Of a DNA stretch of 64,000 nucleotides, positions 41,462 to 51,501 are shown piece after piece (position 1 is the first letter of the stretch; every line of letters starts with the position of its first letter). The translations under genes were made by a program, and so were the position numbers. The notes beneath the pieces are model-generated. The model saw only the letters and a program-made list of their open reading frames with translations. It had not been told where the DNA came from and searched no databases. Location of the stretch: NCBI GenBank assembly GCA_024276015.1, contig JAJRXZ010000020.1, positions 8,245-72,244 of the forward strand, in the 5' to 3' direction. Source of the stretch: Spirochaetota bacterium (lineage in GTDB: Bacteria > Spirochaetota > UBA4802 > UBA5550).

Positions 41462-41722
41462 TATAAATTGTTTCCTTATCTGAATTTTTTGCTACATTAT
41501 TGTTAAGAATAATTTGATCTTTTACGGTTTTTTATTTTGATGTAAAACCTATAACTTGTTGATTCCTATAGTAAATATGTCGATAATTGAAGGAGAAATG
41601 TTTATAATAAATTAATTAAAAAAATTAATTGATTTTAAATTAATCTTTAAAATATCTATATTATGTCGCTTGAATGGTTATCGAATTATTTTCAGATAAT
41701 AGATTAAATCAGGAAATCTTGA

Positions 41723-44700
41723 ATGGCTGATAAAGAAACAACAATTGAGTATACTCAGGAAGAGCTTAATGAAATTGACAGGATAATAGACGTTGTCAAC
41801 CGGGAAATTTCCCCGCCCTTTACGGATGATGCTCTGTCTCAGGAGGAGAAAGGGGCCGAAGAAGAAGGATCGGATTCCGATTTTCTGGATGAAATAACTC
41901 CGGGCGAAATCCCGATTGACGAGCCTATAGGCGAACCTGATGATCTCGACCTCCCGTCGGGCGATCTGGATATTGTAACCGGTGAAGATGTTGAAGGGAT
42001 CGAAATGCAGCAAGATATATCTCCGGCAGGGGACGCTGCCGCAGAAATTCCTTCCGAGGAGATAACCGGACTTGAACCGGACTTGCTTGAAAGCGTTACC
42101 GGCGTTGATGAAATGGAGGCAATTCCCGAGGAGATAACAGACGTGCCCGGTGAACCCGCGGGAGAGGCTCGGGACGAGGAAATTCTCGATATTTCCGATA
42201 TAATCGAAGAAGTCGAGGAACCCGGCGTTCAGGAAGAAGACCTTCCGGATCTCCTTGATGAACTTGCGCCGTCTGCCGAGCCCGAAGAGATTGAACCTCT
42301 TGATGAAATGGGCGAGATAGATTCGAAGGAAGAACAGATCCCGGAGATTGATGAGATAAGCGATTTGGAAGGGGAGGAGGCTCACGAGCCCGCATCTCCA
42401 GAAGAAGCCTCTCCGCTTGATCAGTTAAATGCCCTGACCGAGGACGAACCGGAGTCCATTGATCTTCAGGACTATGCGGATGATCAGTTTGTAGGAGGCG
42501 GTGAAATCCCCGCAGTTGAAGATGCTGAACCCGAAGTTCCCGAAGAGCAGCCTGACGACGCAATGATCTCAGAGCCTGAAGCTCTTGCTGAGGATGTACC
42601 TGAAGAAGTAACGCTTGAAAAGGATGAGGATGCGGATATCCCCGATTTATCGGAGCTCCCTGTTGAGGATATCAGTGAGATCCCTGAAGCGGAGGATATT
42701 GATATTCCTGAAATAGAACTTGACGCTGTTTCGGAATCTGCAGGCGATGCGGAAACTCCTACTGATGAAGATTTCATGCCGCCTGAAAGCACCGAGGCCC
42801 AGGCTTATGACGAAGGTGTTGATATGGATATTCAGGAACCGGAAGATATTGACGTAGCTGATATCAGCGAGTCAGTTGAAGATGTTCCGGGCGGAGTTGT
42901 GGATATATCGGATGCAGGTGACGAGCCCCTTGTTATTGAGCCTCTTGACGAAGATGAAGGCATTATCGAAAAGGCGGAAGACGGTCCTGTTGAGACAGAG
43001 GAAGCTCTTGAACTGAGCGATAATGAACTGAAGAAACTGAAGAAGGCCATACTTCTCTTTAATCCTGCCTTGATTAAAGAGATCAAGAATACAATAATCA
43101 ACGACCTCCTGCCTGCTGATGAGATAAGACAGATGATCGATATGATCTTGTCGGGCAGGCCCGAAGATAATATTCACAGGTTTCTTGAAAAGAAACTTAA
43201 AAAGAAGATAGATCTTCTTGATGAGGCGGCTGTGCCGGGCAGAAAAGTTATTACTTCAAGACCCGAATATACAAGAGAAGGAAGAGAAAGGCAGAAGAGA
43301 ATTGTCAGATTAACAAAGATTTTTGGCAGCGCAGCAGCTGCCGCTTTTGTTCTCACAATAGTGGGATATCAATTTGTTTATAAGCCGATCATGGCCAAGA
43401 AAATAATAAACGAGGGAGCTGCAATAATTTTAAGCAGCGGCGATTATCAGAAAAAACACAAAGACTATAATAAAGCGGAGCTTCTCTTCAAACAAGTAAA
43501 CGAAGATTATGTTAAGAACTTTATTTACGGGTATAATGCTTATGGAAGAGCTTACTTTGAAAAAGGGCAGTATGAGCGCTCCCTGAAGAAACTTGACGAA
43601 GCATATAAAATTGACAGTACCAATGTGGATACGCTGAATCAACTGGGCTATTTCTATTCAAAAGTTCCTGCTGAAAATTACAAATTCTTAAAAGAGAGCG
43701 TTAATAAAAAATATTACAAAGAGAAGAAACTTTCACCTGCTGAAAAAACACAGTTAAATATTGCCGTCGATTTTTTTCGCAGAGCTCTCATTATAGAAAA
43801 AGACAACATTACTTCATTGATCGGAATAGGCAATGCTTATTTCTATCAGGGGCAATATTTGAAAGCAAAGAAGTACTACGAAGATATTTTGAGAGTTGAC
43901 AGGGATTCCGTGATCGGTTATTCGGGGCTCTTAAATCTCTATATAGAAAGGAATGCATTTCCTCAGGCTGCATCCATATTTAACGATCTCAGAGAAAAAG
44001 AGATGCTTCAGGACATGCCGTCGGCTCTTCTTGGCAAATTAGCTGAATATTTTCTCAGCAAAAGAAGAACCAAACAGAGTAATGTAAGGATCGATTACGG
44101 CGTAAGATCACCGAGACTGAAAGATATTGATGATAATACATATCCGGCAGTAAATACGGTTCTGATGGCCCTGAATAAGAGGGATCCGAAATATCCTCCT
44201 CTCCAGCTTCACTTCGCAAATCTTAACAGAGCTCAGAAGAATAATTATGCAGAGAAGAGATATATTGAAAGAGCGCTTAAACTCTCTCCCGATTATTTTG
44301 ATGCTCTGAATTTTATGGGAGAATATTATTATAATGCAAGAGAACCTGTAAATGCCTATAGGTATTTAAACAGAGCTGTAAGATCTTACGGAAATCAGCC
44401 CTCTTTTACGAGAGAAGATTTTTATAAAGGTCTTTCTCAAATAGGTAAAACATATTTATTGCTTGGAAATATCTTTTATTATTTTTTCGATAGAGTAAGC
44501 TTCAGATTCGGCAGTCTGGAAGATGATCTTGTTGACAGCGAGGCTGATAAACTGGCAAATTATAATGTTGCCAGAGATAAATATGAGAAGGCGCTGAGTG
44601 AAAATTACAGATCTCCGGAGCTTCATTATAATCTTGGCAGAATATATTATCTGAATAAACTTTATAAAAAAGCTCTCAATCAATGGCTTAATCTCTACGA

Positions 44701-45112
44701 AGAGTTTGTAAATAGTCCGGAGCTGATGTTTGCTCTTGGCAATGCTTTTTATCATCTCGGAAATTTTGAAGCGGGTAAGGGCGAATACCTTAAACTTATT
44801 TCCGTATTGGAACGGGATGCCGAATCGATAAAATTTGTCGAAGCAAGCAGAAAGGGGCACATCAAACTTTTCGGCACTCTGTCGTCGGCGTATAATAATC
44901 TGGGTGCTATTTATCAGCTTCAGAAGGATGAATCAAGAAGCGGTTTAAGTTACTGGAAAGCAGTTGACTATGCGAAGAGGCTCGGCATTGAAAATCATTT
45001 TGCCAGAGTAAATCTGGCCAGATCCTACAGGCCAAACAGGAAAGTCGAACCCGTAATAGATGAGAATATCCCTTACAGCATTGACATATTCAGAGAAGAT
45101 ATGAGACAATAG
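41723..45112 (+). CDS. Giant protein: ~400-aa poly-acidic disordered region, a TM segment, then a TPR-repeat array
   Basis: 1129 aa. Residues ~30-430 are D/E/P-rich low complexity. A hydrophobic helix (IFGSAAAAAFVLTIVGYQFVY) sits near residue 535. The C-terminal 550 aa hold multiple TPR-like repeats (GNAYFYQGQYLKAKKYYEDIL...). Confidence 0.6.
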   Translation: MADKETTIEYTQEELNEIDRIIDVVNREISPPFTDDALSQEEKGAEEEGSDSDFLDEITPGEIPIDEPIGEPDDLDLPSGDLDIVTGEDVEGIEMQQDISPAGDAAAEIPSEEITGLEPDLLESVTGVDEMEAIPEEITDVPGEPAGEARDEEILDISDIIEEVEEPGVQEEDLPDLLDELAPSAEPEEIEPLDEMGEIDSKEEQIPEIDEISDLEGEEAHEPASPEEASPLDQLNALTEDEPESIDLQDYADDQFVGGGEIPAVEDAEPEVPEEQPDDAMISEPEALAEDVPEEVTLEKDEDADIPDLSELPVEDISEIPEAEDIDIPEIELDAVSESAGDAETPTDEDFMPPESTEAQAYDEGVDMDIQEPEDIDVADISESVEDVPGGVVDISDAGDEPLVIEPLDEDEGIIEKAEDGPVETEEALELSDNELKKLKKAILLFNPALIKEIKNTIINDLLPADEIRQMIDMILSGRPEDNIHRFLEKKLKKKIDLLDEAAVPGRKVITSRPEYTREGRERQKRIVRLTKIFGSAAAAAFVLTIVGYQFVYKPIMAKKIINEGAAIILSSGDYQKKHKDYNKAELLFKQVNEDYVKNFIYGYNAYGRAYFEKGQYERSLKKLDEAYKIDSTNVDTLNQLGYFYSKVPAENYKFLKESVNKKYYKEKKLSPAEKTQLNIAVDFFRRALIIEKDNITSLIGIGNAYFYQGQYLKAKKYYEDILRVDRDSVIGYSGLLNLYIERNAFPQAASIFNDLREKEMLQDMPSALLGKLAEYFLSKRRTKQSNVRIDYGVRSPRLKDIDDNTYPAVNTVLMALNKRDPKYPPLQLHFANLNRAQKNNYAEKRYIERALKLSPDYFDALNFMGEYYYNAREPVNAYRYLNRAVRSYGNQPSFTREDFYKGLSQIGKTYLLLGNIFYYFFDRVSFRFGSLEDDLVDSEADKLANYNVARDKYEKALSENYRSPELHYNLGRIYYLNKLYKKALNQWLNLYEEFVNSPELMFALGNAFYHLGNFEAGKGEYLKLISVLERDAESIKFVEASRKGHIKLFGTLSSAYNNLGAIYQLQKDESRSGLSYWKAVDYAKRLGIENHFARVNLARSYRPNRKVEPVIDENIPYSIDIFREDMRQ

Positions 45113-45115
45113 TAC

Positions 45116-45565
45116 TTATTTTTTATCATTGATCAGGACCGCATATTCAAATCCGTCAAGGAGACAGCGAAAAGAAGCTTCATTAATGTTTTCGGAAAAT
45201 GCATTTACTTTCCATACTCTGTCGCCGTCGTTAAATATGATAGTTACGTCAACTTCGGTGCTGGTCCCTCTTTTTGAATCCAGTATATTTGCTCTGTAAT
45301 CAACAAGTTTAACTCTCGCCAGCTCAGGGAAAAGCGGAGTGAGACTTTTTTTTAAAACTTTTGCCAGTGCGTCAACCGGACCTCTTCCGTTGGATGCCTC
45401 GTGAATGATCCTGTTTTTTGCTTCAACCTGTACGGTTGCCTCGGGAGCTTCTCCATTGTCAATAAGCCTGTAGGTGCCGATTATTTTAAAGGGCGGCTCG
45501 TAGTTGCTCATCGAACGCGCAATTGACAGAAGTTTTGTTGCATCTTCAATCTCAAAGTTAAGCAT
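45116..45565 (-). CDS. Standalone LeuA-dimer (isopropylmalate/citramalate synthase regulatory) domain protein
   Basis: 149 aa. YRLIDNGEAPEATVQVEA...EASNGRGPVDALAKVLKK...RVKLVDYRANILDSKRGTSTEVDVTI resembles the C-terminal allosteric domain of LeuA/CimA. No catalytic TIM barrel is attached. Confidence 0.5.
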   Translation of the reverse strand: MLNFEIEDATKLLSIARSMSNYEPPFKIIGTYRLIDNGEAPEATVQVEAKNRIIHEASNGRGPVDALAKVLKKSLTPLFPELARVKLVDYRANILDSKRGTSTEVDVTIIFNDGDRVWKVNAFSENINEASFRCLLDGFEYAVLINDKK

Positions 45566-45589
45566 TGCATTTTTCCTGTAATGATCTGA

Positions 45590-46090
45590 TTATTTTCGGT
45601 CTCTGGCAATTATAGATCCGTTTTTTGTGAATAGTTCTTCAACTAATCCCGAATTGTATTTTAAAGTCATACTCTCTTTTCTGATGCTGTATTCCTGTAA
45701 ATCCGGATTAACATCGTGATACCAGATCTTCTTACCGGTTTTTTTATCGACTTTTATTAAAAAATATCTGCTCTGATCGTCAATAAAGATTAGAAATATA
45801 TAACCGTTAAAAAGCTGCTGGAGGAAAGATCTTCCCGGGATAAACCATAATGTTGCGCCGTTTTCTTTGCTGACGGCAAGAAATTGTCCGCTCTTTTCAT
45901 CAATATAACAGGCTATATAATAAGACTCCGGATCTTCAATGATCTCAATTATTGAGTTAATATCTTCAATCTTTTTTGCCCAGCGGTTTTTTTTGCTGGC
46001 TGAATCCCGGCATAAGAGAATTGTTTTTTCATTATCAAAATAAAGGATATCCCCTGACATATTAAAGGTTTGAGAGTATTCTCTATTCAT
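45590..46090 (-). CDS. Hypothetical protein
   Basis: 166-aa ORF with no recognisable domain. Confidence 0.4.
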   Translation of the reverse strand: MNREYSQTFNMSGDILYFDNEKTILLCRDSASKKNRWAKKIEDINSIIEIIEDPESYYIACYIDEKSGQFLAVSKENGATLWFIPGRSFLQQLFNGYIFLIFIDDQSRYFLIKVDKKTGKKIWYHDVNPDLQEYSIRKESMTLKYNSGLVEELFTKNGSIIARDRK

Positions 46091-46098
46091 CTATTTCC

Positions 46099-46839
46099 TT
46101 ATAATAATTTTTTAATCTTCATTCCTTCAATGATAAGTCTTGCTACTTCATCGCTTTCATATTTTGCATCATTTATTACCAAGTGGTAATTGTGGGGGTC
46201 GCTTAGATCGAATTTTACATATTTTTTCACGTAATTTTCGCGTTCTTTCGATTTTTTCAGGATCATATCCTTAGCTTTTGCCCTTGATATGTCAAATATT
46301 GACGATATTCTTTCAATTCTCCAGTCAAGGTCGGCAACCAGTCTCACATGGAAACCTTTTTCCATATTTTTTGTAAATACATTGGCTGCTCTTCCGACAA
46401 GTATCACATGTCCGTTTTCCGCCATAAGTATAATTGTTTCAACAAGTTTTTTATAAACAGATACCTGTGACGGAAAATTACTGAAGGCTGTTTGCAATAT
46501 TTCGGTGAGTGCGGTTCTTGCATTTGAGGTCAGCGTTTCTCCCAGGCATTGGCATATTCCCATATCGTTCAGAACATCATTCAGTATCTTTTTATCGTAT
46601 GCGGCCCATGGCAGTTCTATATTCTCATCGCTGTTTAAAATTTCGGCAATCTTTCTGCCAACCTCATATCCGCCGCATCCATATTCTCTTGAAATTGTAA
46701 TAAAAGGCAAAAATTCCTTTTTTATAGTTTCATCTTTTTTTGTGAAGACTTTTCTTGGCGTATCAATTTTATGTTTACGTTCGTGCCAGTATTTCACCTG
46801 TTTGTTGACGTTATTGTTAATTGATTTGTAATCGTTCAT
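46099..46839 (-). CDS. Cytidylate-kinase-like family protein
   Basis: 246 aa. P-loop variant FITISREYGCGGYEVGRKIAE, typical of the cytidylate kinase-like family. Confidence 0.6.
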   Translation of the reverse strand: MNDYKSINNNVNKQVKYWHERKHKIDTPRKVFTKKDETIKKEFLPFITISREYGCGGYEVGRKIAEILNSDENIELPWAAYDKKILNDVLNDMGICQCLGETLTSNARTALTEILQTAFSNFPSQVSVYKKLVETIILMAENGHVILVGRAANVFTKNMEKGFHVRLVADLDWRIERISSIFDISRAKAKDMILKKSKERENYVKKYVKFDLSDPHNYHLVINDAKYESDEVARLIIEGMKIKKLL

Positions 46840-46984
46840 GTGGTTTCTCCTTAAATGTCCTTCAATAATTCAATATAACAAATTATGTAAATATTGAACG
46901 AAAAAAATAAACACTACTAATTCCATAGAGTAAGTATTGTATTCAATATACTAATTTTATTAAGAAGAGGGAAACTTTTTTCGT

Positions 46985-47836
46985 CTAAATAAAATATCCG
47001 ATCCTTTCACCCATTCTTACTTTATCGCCGGTTTTTATGCTGTCAAAGGACATAATATTATTCTGAAAAAGGAGTATAACCGTTGAACCAAGATGAAAAA
47101 TACCTAATTCATCTCCTGAAGCAATTTGAGATTTCTGCCCTTCTGAAAAAAATATTTCACTCCTTTTTCTGAAAAGTCTGTTTGTTTCAATATCCGTATA
47201 GGAGAGAGAGATTCTCCCGACACCTGTAGCGCCTATTTTGCAAACTGCCACATGGCCGCATTCTGTTTTAATATATGAGATTATTCTTTCGTTCACTGAA
47301 AAGAGCCCTTTCATTTTTTTTACCATATGATCCTGCACAGTAAAGAGTCTGCCGGGGATATTAAAATAACCTTCAATTATACCCTTTACAGGAGAATGAA
47401 TTCTGTGATAATCCGAGGGAGACAAGTATATTGTAATAAAATTTCCGTTTTTAAAGCGTTCAGCCGAATCCGAAGGAATAAGATCGCGCAGTGAGTAGTT
47501 TATGCCCTTTGCCTGCATGATCTCAGTATTGTCAATAATTCCGAATTGATCTATTCTGCCGTCAACAGGAGAGACAATAGAACTTTCGGATCTGTCTATT
47601 TTATGGATCCCATTCTTAAGTTTCCTTGTGAAAAACATATCAATATTTTTAAATCCATTCTCAGGGGTTTCATACTCATCTCTGTTAACATTAAATTTAG
47701 AACAATATAAGTTGATAAAGATATTTAAAAGGAATTCGGGGAAATGAACTCTTGCAATAATCCCCATAATTCTCGATATAAGATTTGTCGGTATCAGATT
47801 GCAGAAAAATAGCGCAGTTTTTTTATTATAGCTCAT
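46985..47836 (-). CDS. psd: Phosphatidylserine decarboxylase proenzyme
   Basis: 283 aa. Ends with the conserved ...GIFHLGSTVILLF self-cleavage (LGST) motif. Confidence 0.8.
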   Translation of the reverse strand: MSYNKKTALFFCNLIPTNLISRIMGIIARVHFPEFLLNIFINLYCSKFNVNRDEYETPENGFKNIDMFFTRKLKNGIHKIDRSESSIVSPVDGRIDQFGIIDNTEIMQAKGINYSLRDLIPSDSAERFKNGNFITIYLSPSDYHRIHSPVKGIIEGYFNIPGRLFTVQDHMVKKMKGLFSVNERIISYIKTECGHVAVCKIGATGVGRISLSYTDIETNRLFRKRSEIFFSEGQKSQIASGDELGIFHLGSTVILLFQNNIMSFDSIKTGDKVRMGERIGYFI

Positions 47837-48011
47837 TAATCCGAGTCTCCGGTAAAGATCAATATAAATTGTTGTTAGAAACTAAATTCAGGCGTCGTTC
47901 TGTCAAGTTTTTAAATAACTTTAAATAGCAGCCCTCACTTATTATAGTAATGAGTTAATTTTTGTTTGACAATATGGCAGATAATTATTTAAACATTTAC
48001 ATATATCTTAG

Positions 48012-48455
48012 TTGATTATGCTTATGAAATATTTAATTTGTATTTTTATAATTTTAGCTTATTCTATAAGAACGCCTTTACTCTATTCGGAGGAAAGGTT
48101 TGAACCCTGGGGAGCAAAAATAAGAGTTGCCGATAATAATAAAAAACTGATTTCTCCAAAGGGTATTTTAAAAAACAGAATAGCTAAAGGGAAATTTTTT
48201 CGGGTTAAATCCGTATTTAACGGGGTACAGGGCGGCGCATTCTTTCTTATAAGGTTTTTTCAGGTTGCCATATCGCCTCAGGACGGGCCCAGTTGCAGAT
48301 ATATACCAACCTGCAGCGCTTACGGCAAACATGCTGTTGAGAAATACGGCGCTCTTTTCGGGTCAATTCTTGCCGGAGAAAGGCTTCTAAGATGCAATCC
48401 CTATAACCGGCCCGGCTACGACCCATTGCCTGACGACATACTTAATGAAAAATAA
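48012..48455 (+). CDS. yidD: YidD-family membrane-protein-insertion-efficiency-factor-like protein with an N-terminal extension
   Basis: 147 aa. The C-terminal ~80 aa carry the YidD/DUF37 signature ...FLIRFFQVAISPQDGPSCRYIPTCSAYGKHAVEKYGALFGSILAGERLLRCNPYNRPGYDP. The N-terminal 60 aa are extra and include a signal/TM segment. Confidence 0.7.
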   Translation: MIMLMKYLICIFIILAYSIRTPLLYSEERFEPWGAKIRVADNNKKLISPKGILKNRIAKGKFFRVKSVFNGVQGGAFFLIRFFQVAISPQDGPSCRYIPTCSAYGKHAVEKYGALFGSILAGERLLRCNPYNRPGYDPLPDDILNEK

Positions 48456-49359
48456 TCTTAATAATATAATATTATTTTTAAAGTGTTTGTTCTTAATTAT
48501 TTTCTGGTGGAACGGGATTTTATTTGCAGGCGGCGCTTTAAAAAGTAGTAGTGACCTTGAGATAAAACAGAAAAGATTTATTCTTCAGCTCTTTAACCGA
48601 AAACGGTATTTTGATTGTATCGGCGAAACGAGAAGGCTTCTTTCATTTAACAGGAATATCGATAGGAATGAAGACTATAATTTTTTTATTCTGGGCAACT
48701 ACTTTTCAGGGCGGCAGTATAAAACGGTTATATTTGATCTGGACGGAAATAAGCCCTCACTTCGTGAGAAGGTGCTTCTTTCCCAGTCTTATCTCAAACT
48801 CGGAATGTTTTCCGAAAGTTACGCTATTCTGAAGGATATCAATTATAACGGTATCAGGCAGGATAAGAGGTATAACTTCTTTTTAAGAAGGGTTGAACCG
48901 CTTATTAATAGCGGATTTTATAGTATGGCTCTGAAGGAACTTCAAAGTGCGGAGTTATATATTCCTGCTGAAAAATACATTCAACTGCAAAGATCCTTCA
49001 ATAAATTTAAAAGGTCAGGTTTTAAATTTCCTGAAATTTCTATTGCGCTTTCTGCAATTATTCCGGGTGCGGGGCATATCTACTCGAAAAGATATATTGA
49101 CGGTATAATATCTTTTGCGGGCATTGCAGCAACCGCAGGCAGCGCATATTATTTTCTCAGAAAAGGCGACAGAGGGTCGGGGTACACTTTTGCTTTTTTT
49201 TCGGTGCTCTTTTACGGCGGGAATATTTACAGCGCATATAATAGTGCAAATAATTATAACAGGATGCTGCGCCGTAAGTTTGTAAAAGAGATGTATCAAA
49301 AGCATATCCCTCCCTATAGACCCGAAGAGGAAATCGATCTGAAGAGGTTATTTAATTGA
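48445..49359 (+). CDS. TPR-like / PGxGHxY membrane-domain protein, paralog A
   Basis: 304 aa. N-terminal TM, central helical-repeat region, and a C-terminal hydrophobic hairpin AIIPGAGHIYSKRYIDGIISFAGIAATAG. Its start overlaps yidD by 11 nt. Confidence 0.5.
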   Translation: MKNNLNNIILFLKCLFLIIFWWNGILFAGGALKSSSDLEIKQKRFILQLFNRKRYFDCIGETRRLLSFNRNIDRNEDYNFFILGNYFSGRQYKTVIFDLDGNKPSLREKVLLSQSYLKLGMFSESYAILKDINYNGIRQDKRYNFFLRRVEPLINSGFYSMALKELQSAELYIPAEKYIQLQRSFNKFKRSGFKFPEISIALSAIIPGAGHIYSKRYIDGIISFAGIAATAGSAYYFLRKGDRGSGYTFAFFSVLFYGGNIYSAYNSANNYNRMLRRKFVKEMYQKHIPPYRPEEEIDLKRLFN

Positions 49360-50207
49360 GAATAATATTTACAGCTCTAATTATAAATTTTTTAATTACT
49401 AATGCGCTTTTTGCCGGTGAAAAGGATCTGATCAATTCAGCGCGGGTTTTTTTTAATAACGGGGAATATTATAATGCGGTTACGGATCTATTAAGATACC
49501 GGTATCTTTATCCCAAAGGAGAGTATTATCCTTACAGTATGCTCCTTCTGGGGAAGTCTTATTTTAAAGGGAATAACTATGCTCTTGGAACGGATTACCT
49601 CTCATCCTGTTATACGGCTTTTCCCGGCAGTGAGATCGGAGAAGAAGCGCTTTTTACTCTTGGCAGCATGAGGCTGGCTGCAGGTTCTCCGTATTATGCT
49701 TTAAGAACTCTTCAGAAATATCAATATGTCTATCAAAATGGCAGATTCAGGGAGGAAGCAGTTTTAAAAATAAGTTACGCTTATGCTTTGACGCCGAATT
49801 TATTTTCTGCCTTAAAGAGTATTCGTGACTATAAAAAGAGATTCCCCAACGGCAAATATATTAAAGAATTAAAGGCGCTGGAAAATGATATTCTTTATGA
49901 AATGAACAGACCAAAAAAAAATCCCTGGATAGCCGGTCTTGGTTCTGCTGTTTTGCCCGGCTTCGGACATTTCTACACTGAAAATTATAAACTGGGTTTT
50001 CTCTCCTTTTTTACAAATGCTCTGCTTATCTATTTGATCTATGACGGTTACCGAAAGAGCAATACAATGCAGATGGTTGTTTTTTCCTTTGCAGAGTTTT
50101 CATTTTATCAGTATTCAATATACGGAGCTTTGAACGATGTTTATTTATACAACAGCAGGAAGGATCATTATAAGAAGATCAGACTGAGAATAGGAACAGA
50201 ATTTTAG
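49356..50207 (+). CDS. TPR-like / PGxGHxY membrane-domain protein, paralog B
   Basis: 283 aa with the same architecture. C-terminal AVLPGFGHFYTENYKLGFLSFFTNALLIY. Overlaps the previous gene by 4 nt. Confidence 0.5.
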   Translation: MRIIFTALIINFLITNALFAGEKDLINSARVFFNNGEYYNAVTDLLRYRYLYPKGEYYPYSMLLLGKSYFKGNNYALGTDYLSSCYTAFPGSEIGEEALFTLGSMRLAAGSPYYALRTLQKYQYVYQNGRFREEAVLKISYAYALTPNLFSALKSIRDYKKRFPNGKYIKELKALENDILYEMNRPKKNPWIAGLGSAVLPGFGHFYTENYKLGFLSFFTNALLIYLIYDGYRKSNTMQMVVFSFAEFSFYQYSIYGALNDVYLYNSRKDHYKKIRLRIGTEF

Positions 50208-50232
50208 AGGAACAATTTTCGATCACAATGAA

Positions 50233-50808
50233 ATGGATAGGAATGATTTTTGCAAATTATTCGCCGCTTTTTTTATGGCTGCCGCTCTTTTTTACTGCAG
50301 AAGCTATAAGAGCGCAATTGATGTCCCGGAAATATCTTATGACGGATTTATAATTCAGGATGAGTTCAAGGGACTGGATATAAAAGTCTGCCTTCTTTTT
50401 ATTAAAACAAATGAAAAAAAAATTTACAGCTTACTGAAAATTTTTGTCAAAAAGATTCAATATAGTCCCTATTATTACAGCAGAAGTTTTCCTTATTATG
50501 ATACGATCAATATTTCAGAGTTCTCACTTGAAAGGGGAGTTGTTCATGCATCGTCAGTTATAATTCATGAGTTGTACCATATAATTTTTCAGAAAATCAG
50601 AAATGATAAGAGAATATTCGGAAATTCTTTAAAAAAATTTTTGAACGAAAAGGGGATAACTTTGCATGATATATTAAAAATGACCTCAGAAAGGGAAGAG
50701 AAGCTTATATACAGACTGCAGCTGGATTTTATTCTGAAATACGGAGGAAAAAAAGATATTGATTATCAAAAAAAACGGATGAAAAAGATGAGATATGCAG
50801 ATAATTAA
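50233..50808 (+). CDS. Hypothetical protein with an HExxH motif (possible zinc metallopeptidase-like)
   Basis: 191 aa. Hydrophobic N-terminus (FAAFFMAAALFYC). The sequence VIIHELYHIIF contains HELYH. Confidence 0.4.
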   Translation: MDRNDFCKLFAAFFMAAALFYCRSYKSAIDVPEISYDGFIIQDEFKGLDIKVCLLFIKTNEKKIYSLLKIFVKKIQYSPYYYSRSFPYYDTINISEFSLERGVVHASSVIIHELYHIIFQKIRNDKRIFGNSLKKFLNEKGITLHDILKMTSEREEKLIYRLQLDFILKYGGKKDIDYQKKRMKKMRYADN

Positions 50809-50811
50809 TAT

Positions 50812-51474
50812 ATGGAGAGCAGAATGGGAAATTTAGCCGTGCCGGCAGATAGGAAAAATTTTTACAGGAGAAAGCGGGAAACACAATTAATAGACTTTGA
50901 ACTGCTTCTGAAAACGGATGATCTTGAATCTGTTGCCGCAAGAATAATAGAAAGCAGTTATGAAGAAGTAGATTTTATGAGAATGGATACTCTTGACAGA
51001 CTGCTGGATTTCATTTATTTTAAGGTTCAGACCGGTTATATGTATATTCCCCATATGGCTTACGCGACTAAAAGGATGATGGACAGAGAACTTGAATCAA
51101 AGGTCATTGATCTGTTGAATATTCATCTTTACCCGGAGATAGTTTTGAAGCTGCTGAGGTTTTTTACAAGGAATATAAACAATTCCGATTCCAACCTGTT
51201 TTTTGCCTGTCTTATTAAATCCGAGGAGATAGTAAGATCGATTTATGATACTTTCTTGCTGTTTAAAAAGGATATATTTATTACGGATCCGAACAAGAGG
51301 GTATTAAATGTAAAGAGAATTCAACAGTTCTCATCAAAATCAGAGATTAAACTGTCATCTCCTCTTGACGCATGCGCCAGGCTAAAATATATCCTTGAGT
51401 TTTTTATTATCAATCAGAATGTAAACAGTATATACAGCAGAGAAGACCTTCTTTTATCGCGCGGGACAGGATAG
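50812..51474 (+). CDS. Hypothetical protein
   Basis: 220-aa ORF, 3 bp downstream of the previous gene. No domain recognised. Confidence 0.4.
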   Translation: MESRMGNLAVPADRKNFYRRKRETQLIDFELLLKTDDLESVAARIIESSYEEVDFMRMDTLDRLLDFIYFKVQTGYMYIPHMAYATKRMMDRELESKVIDLLNIHLYPEIVLKLLRFFTRNINNSDSNLFFACLIKSEEIVRSIYDTFLLFKKDIFITDPNKRVLNVKRIQQFSSKSEIKLSSPLDACARLKYILEFFIINQNVNSIYSREDLLLSRGTG

Positions 51475-51501
51475 TATTTTGGCGTTCTTATTTATAGCGA
51501 T

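Noticed and set aside
42096-43356. Several minus-strand ORFs (155, 102, 89, 101, 60 aa)
   Set aside because: They are antisense to the acidic region of the 1129-aa gene. GA-rich codon repeats on one strand generate Ser/Pro/Arg-rich open frames on the other.
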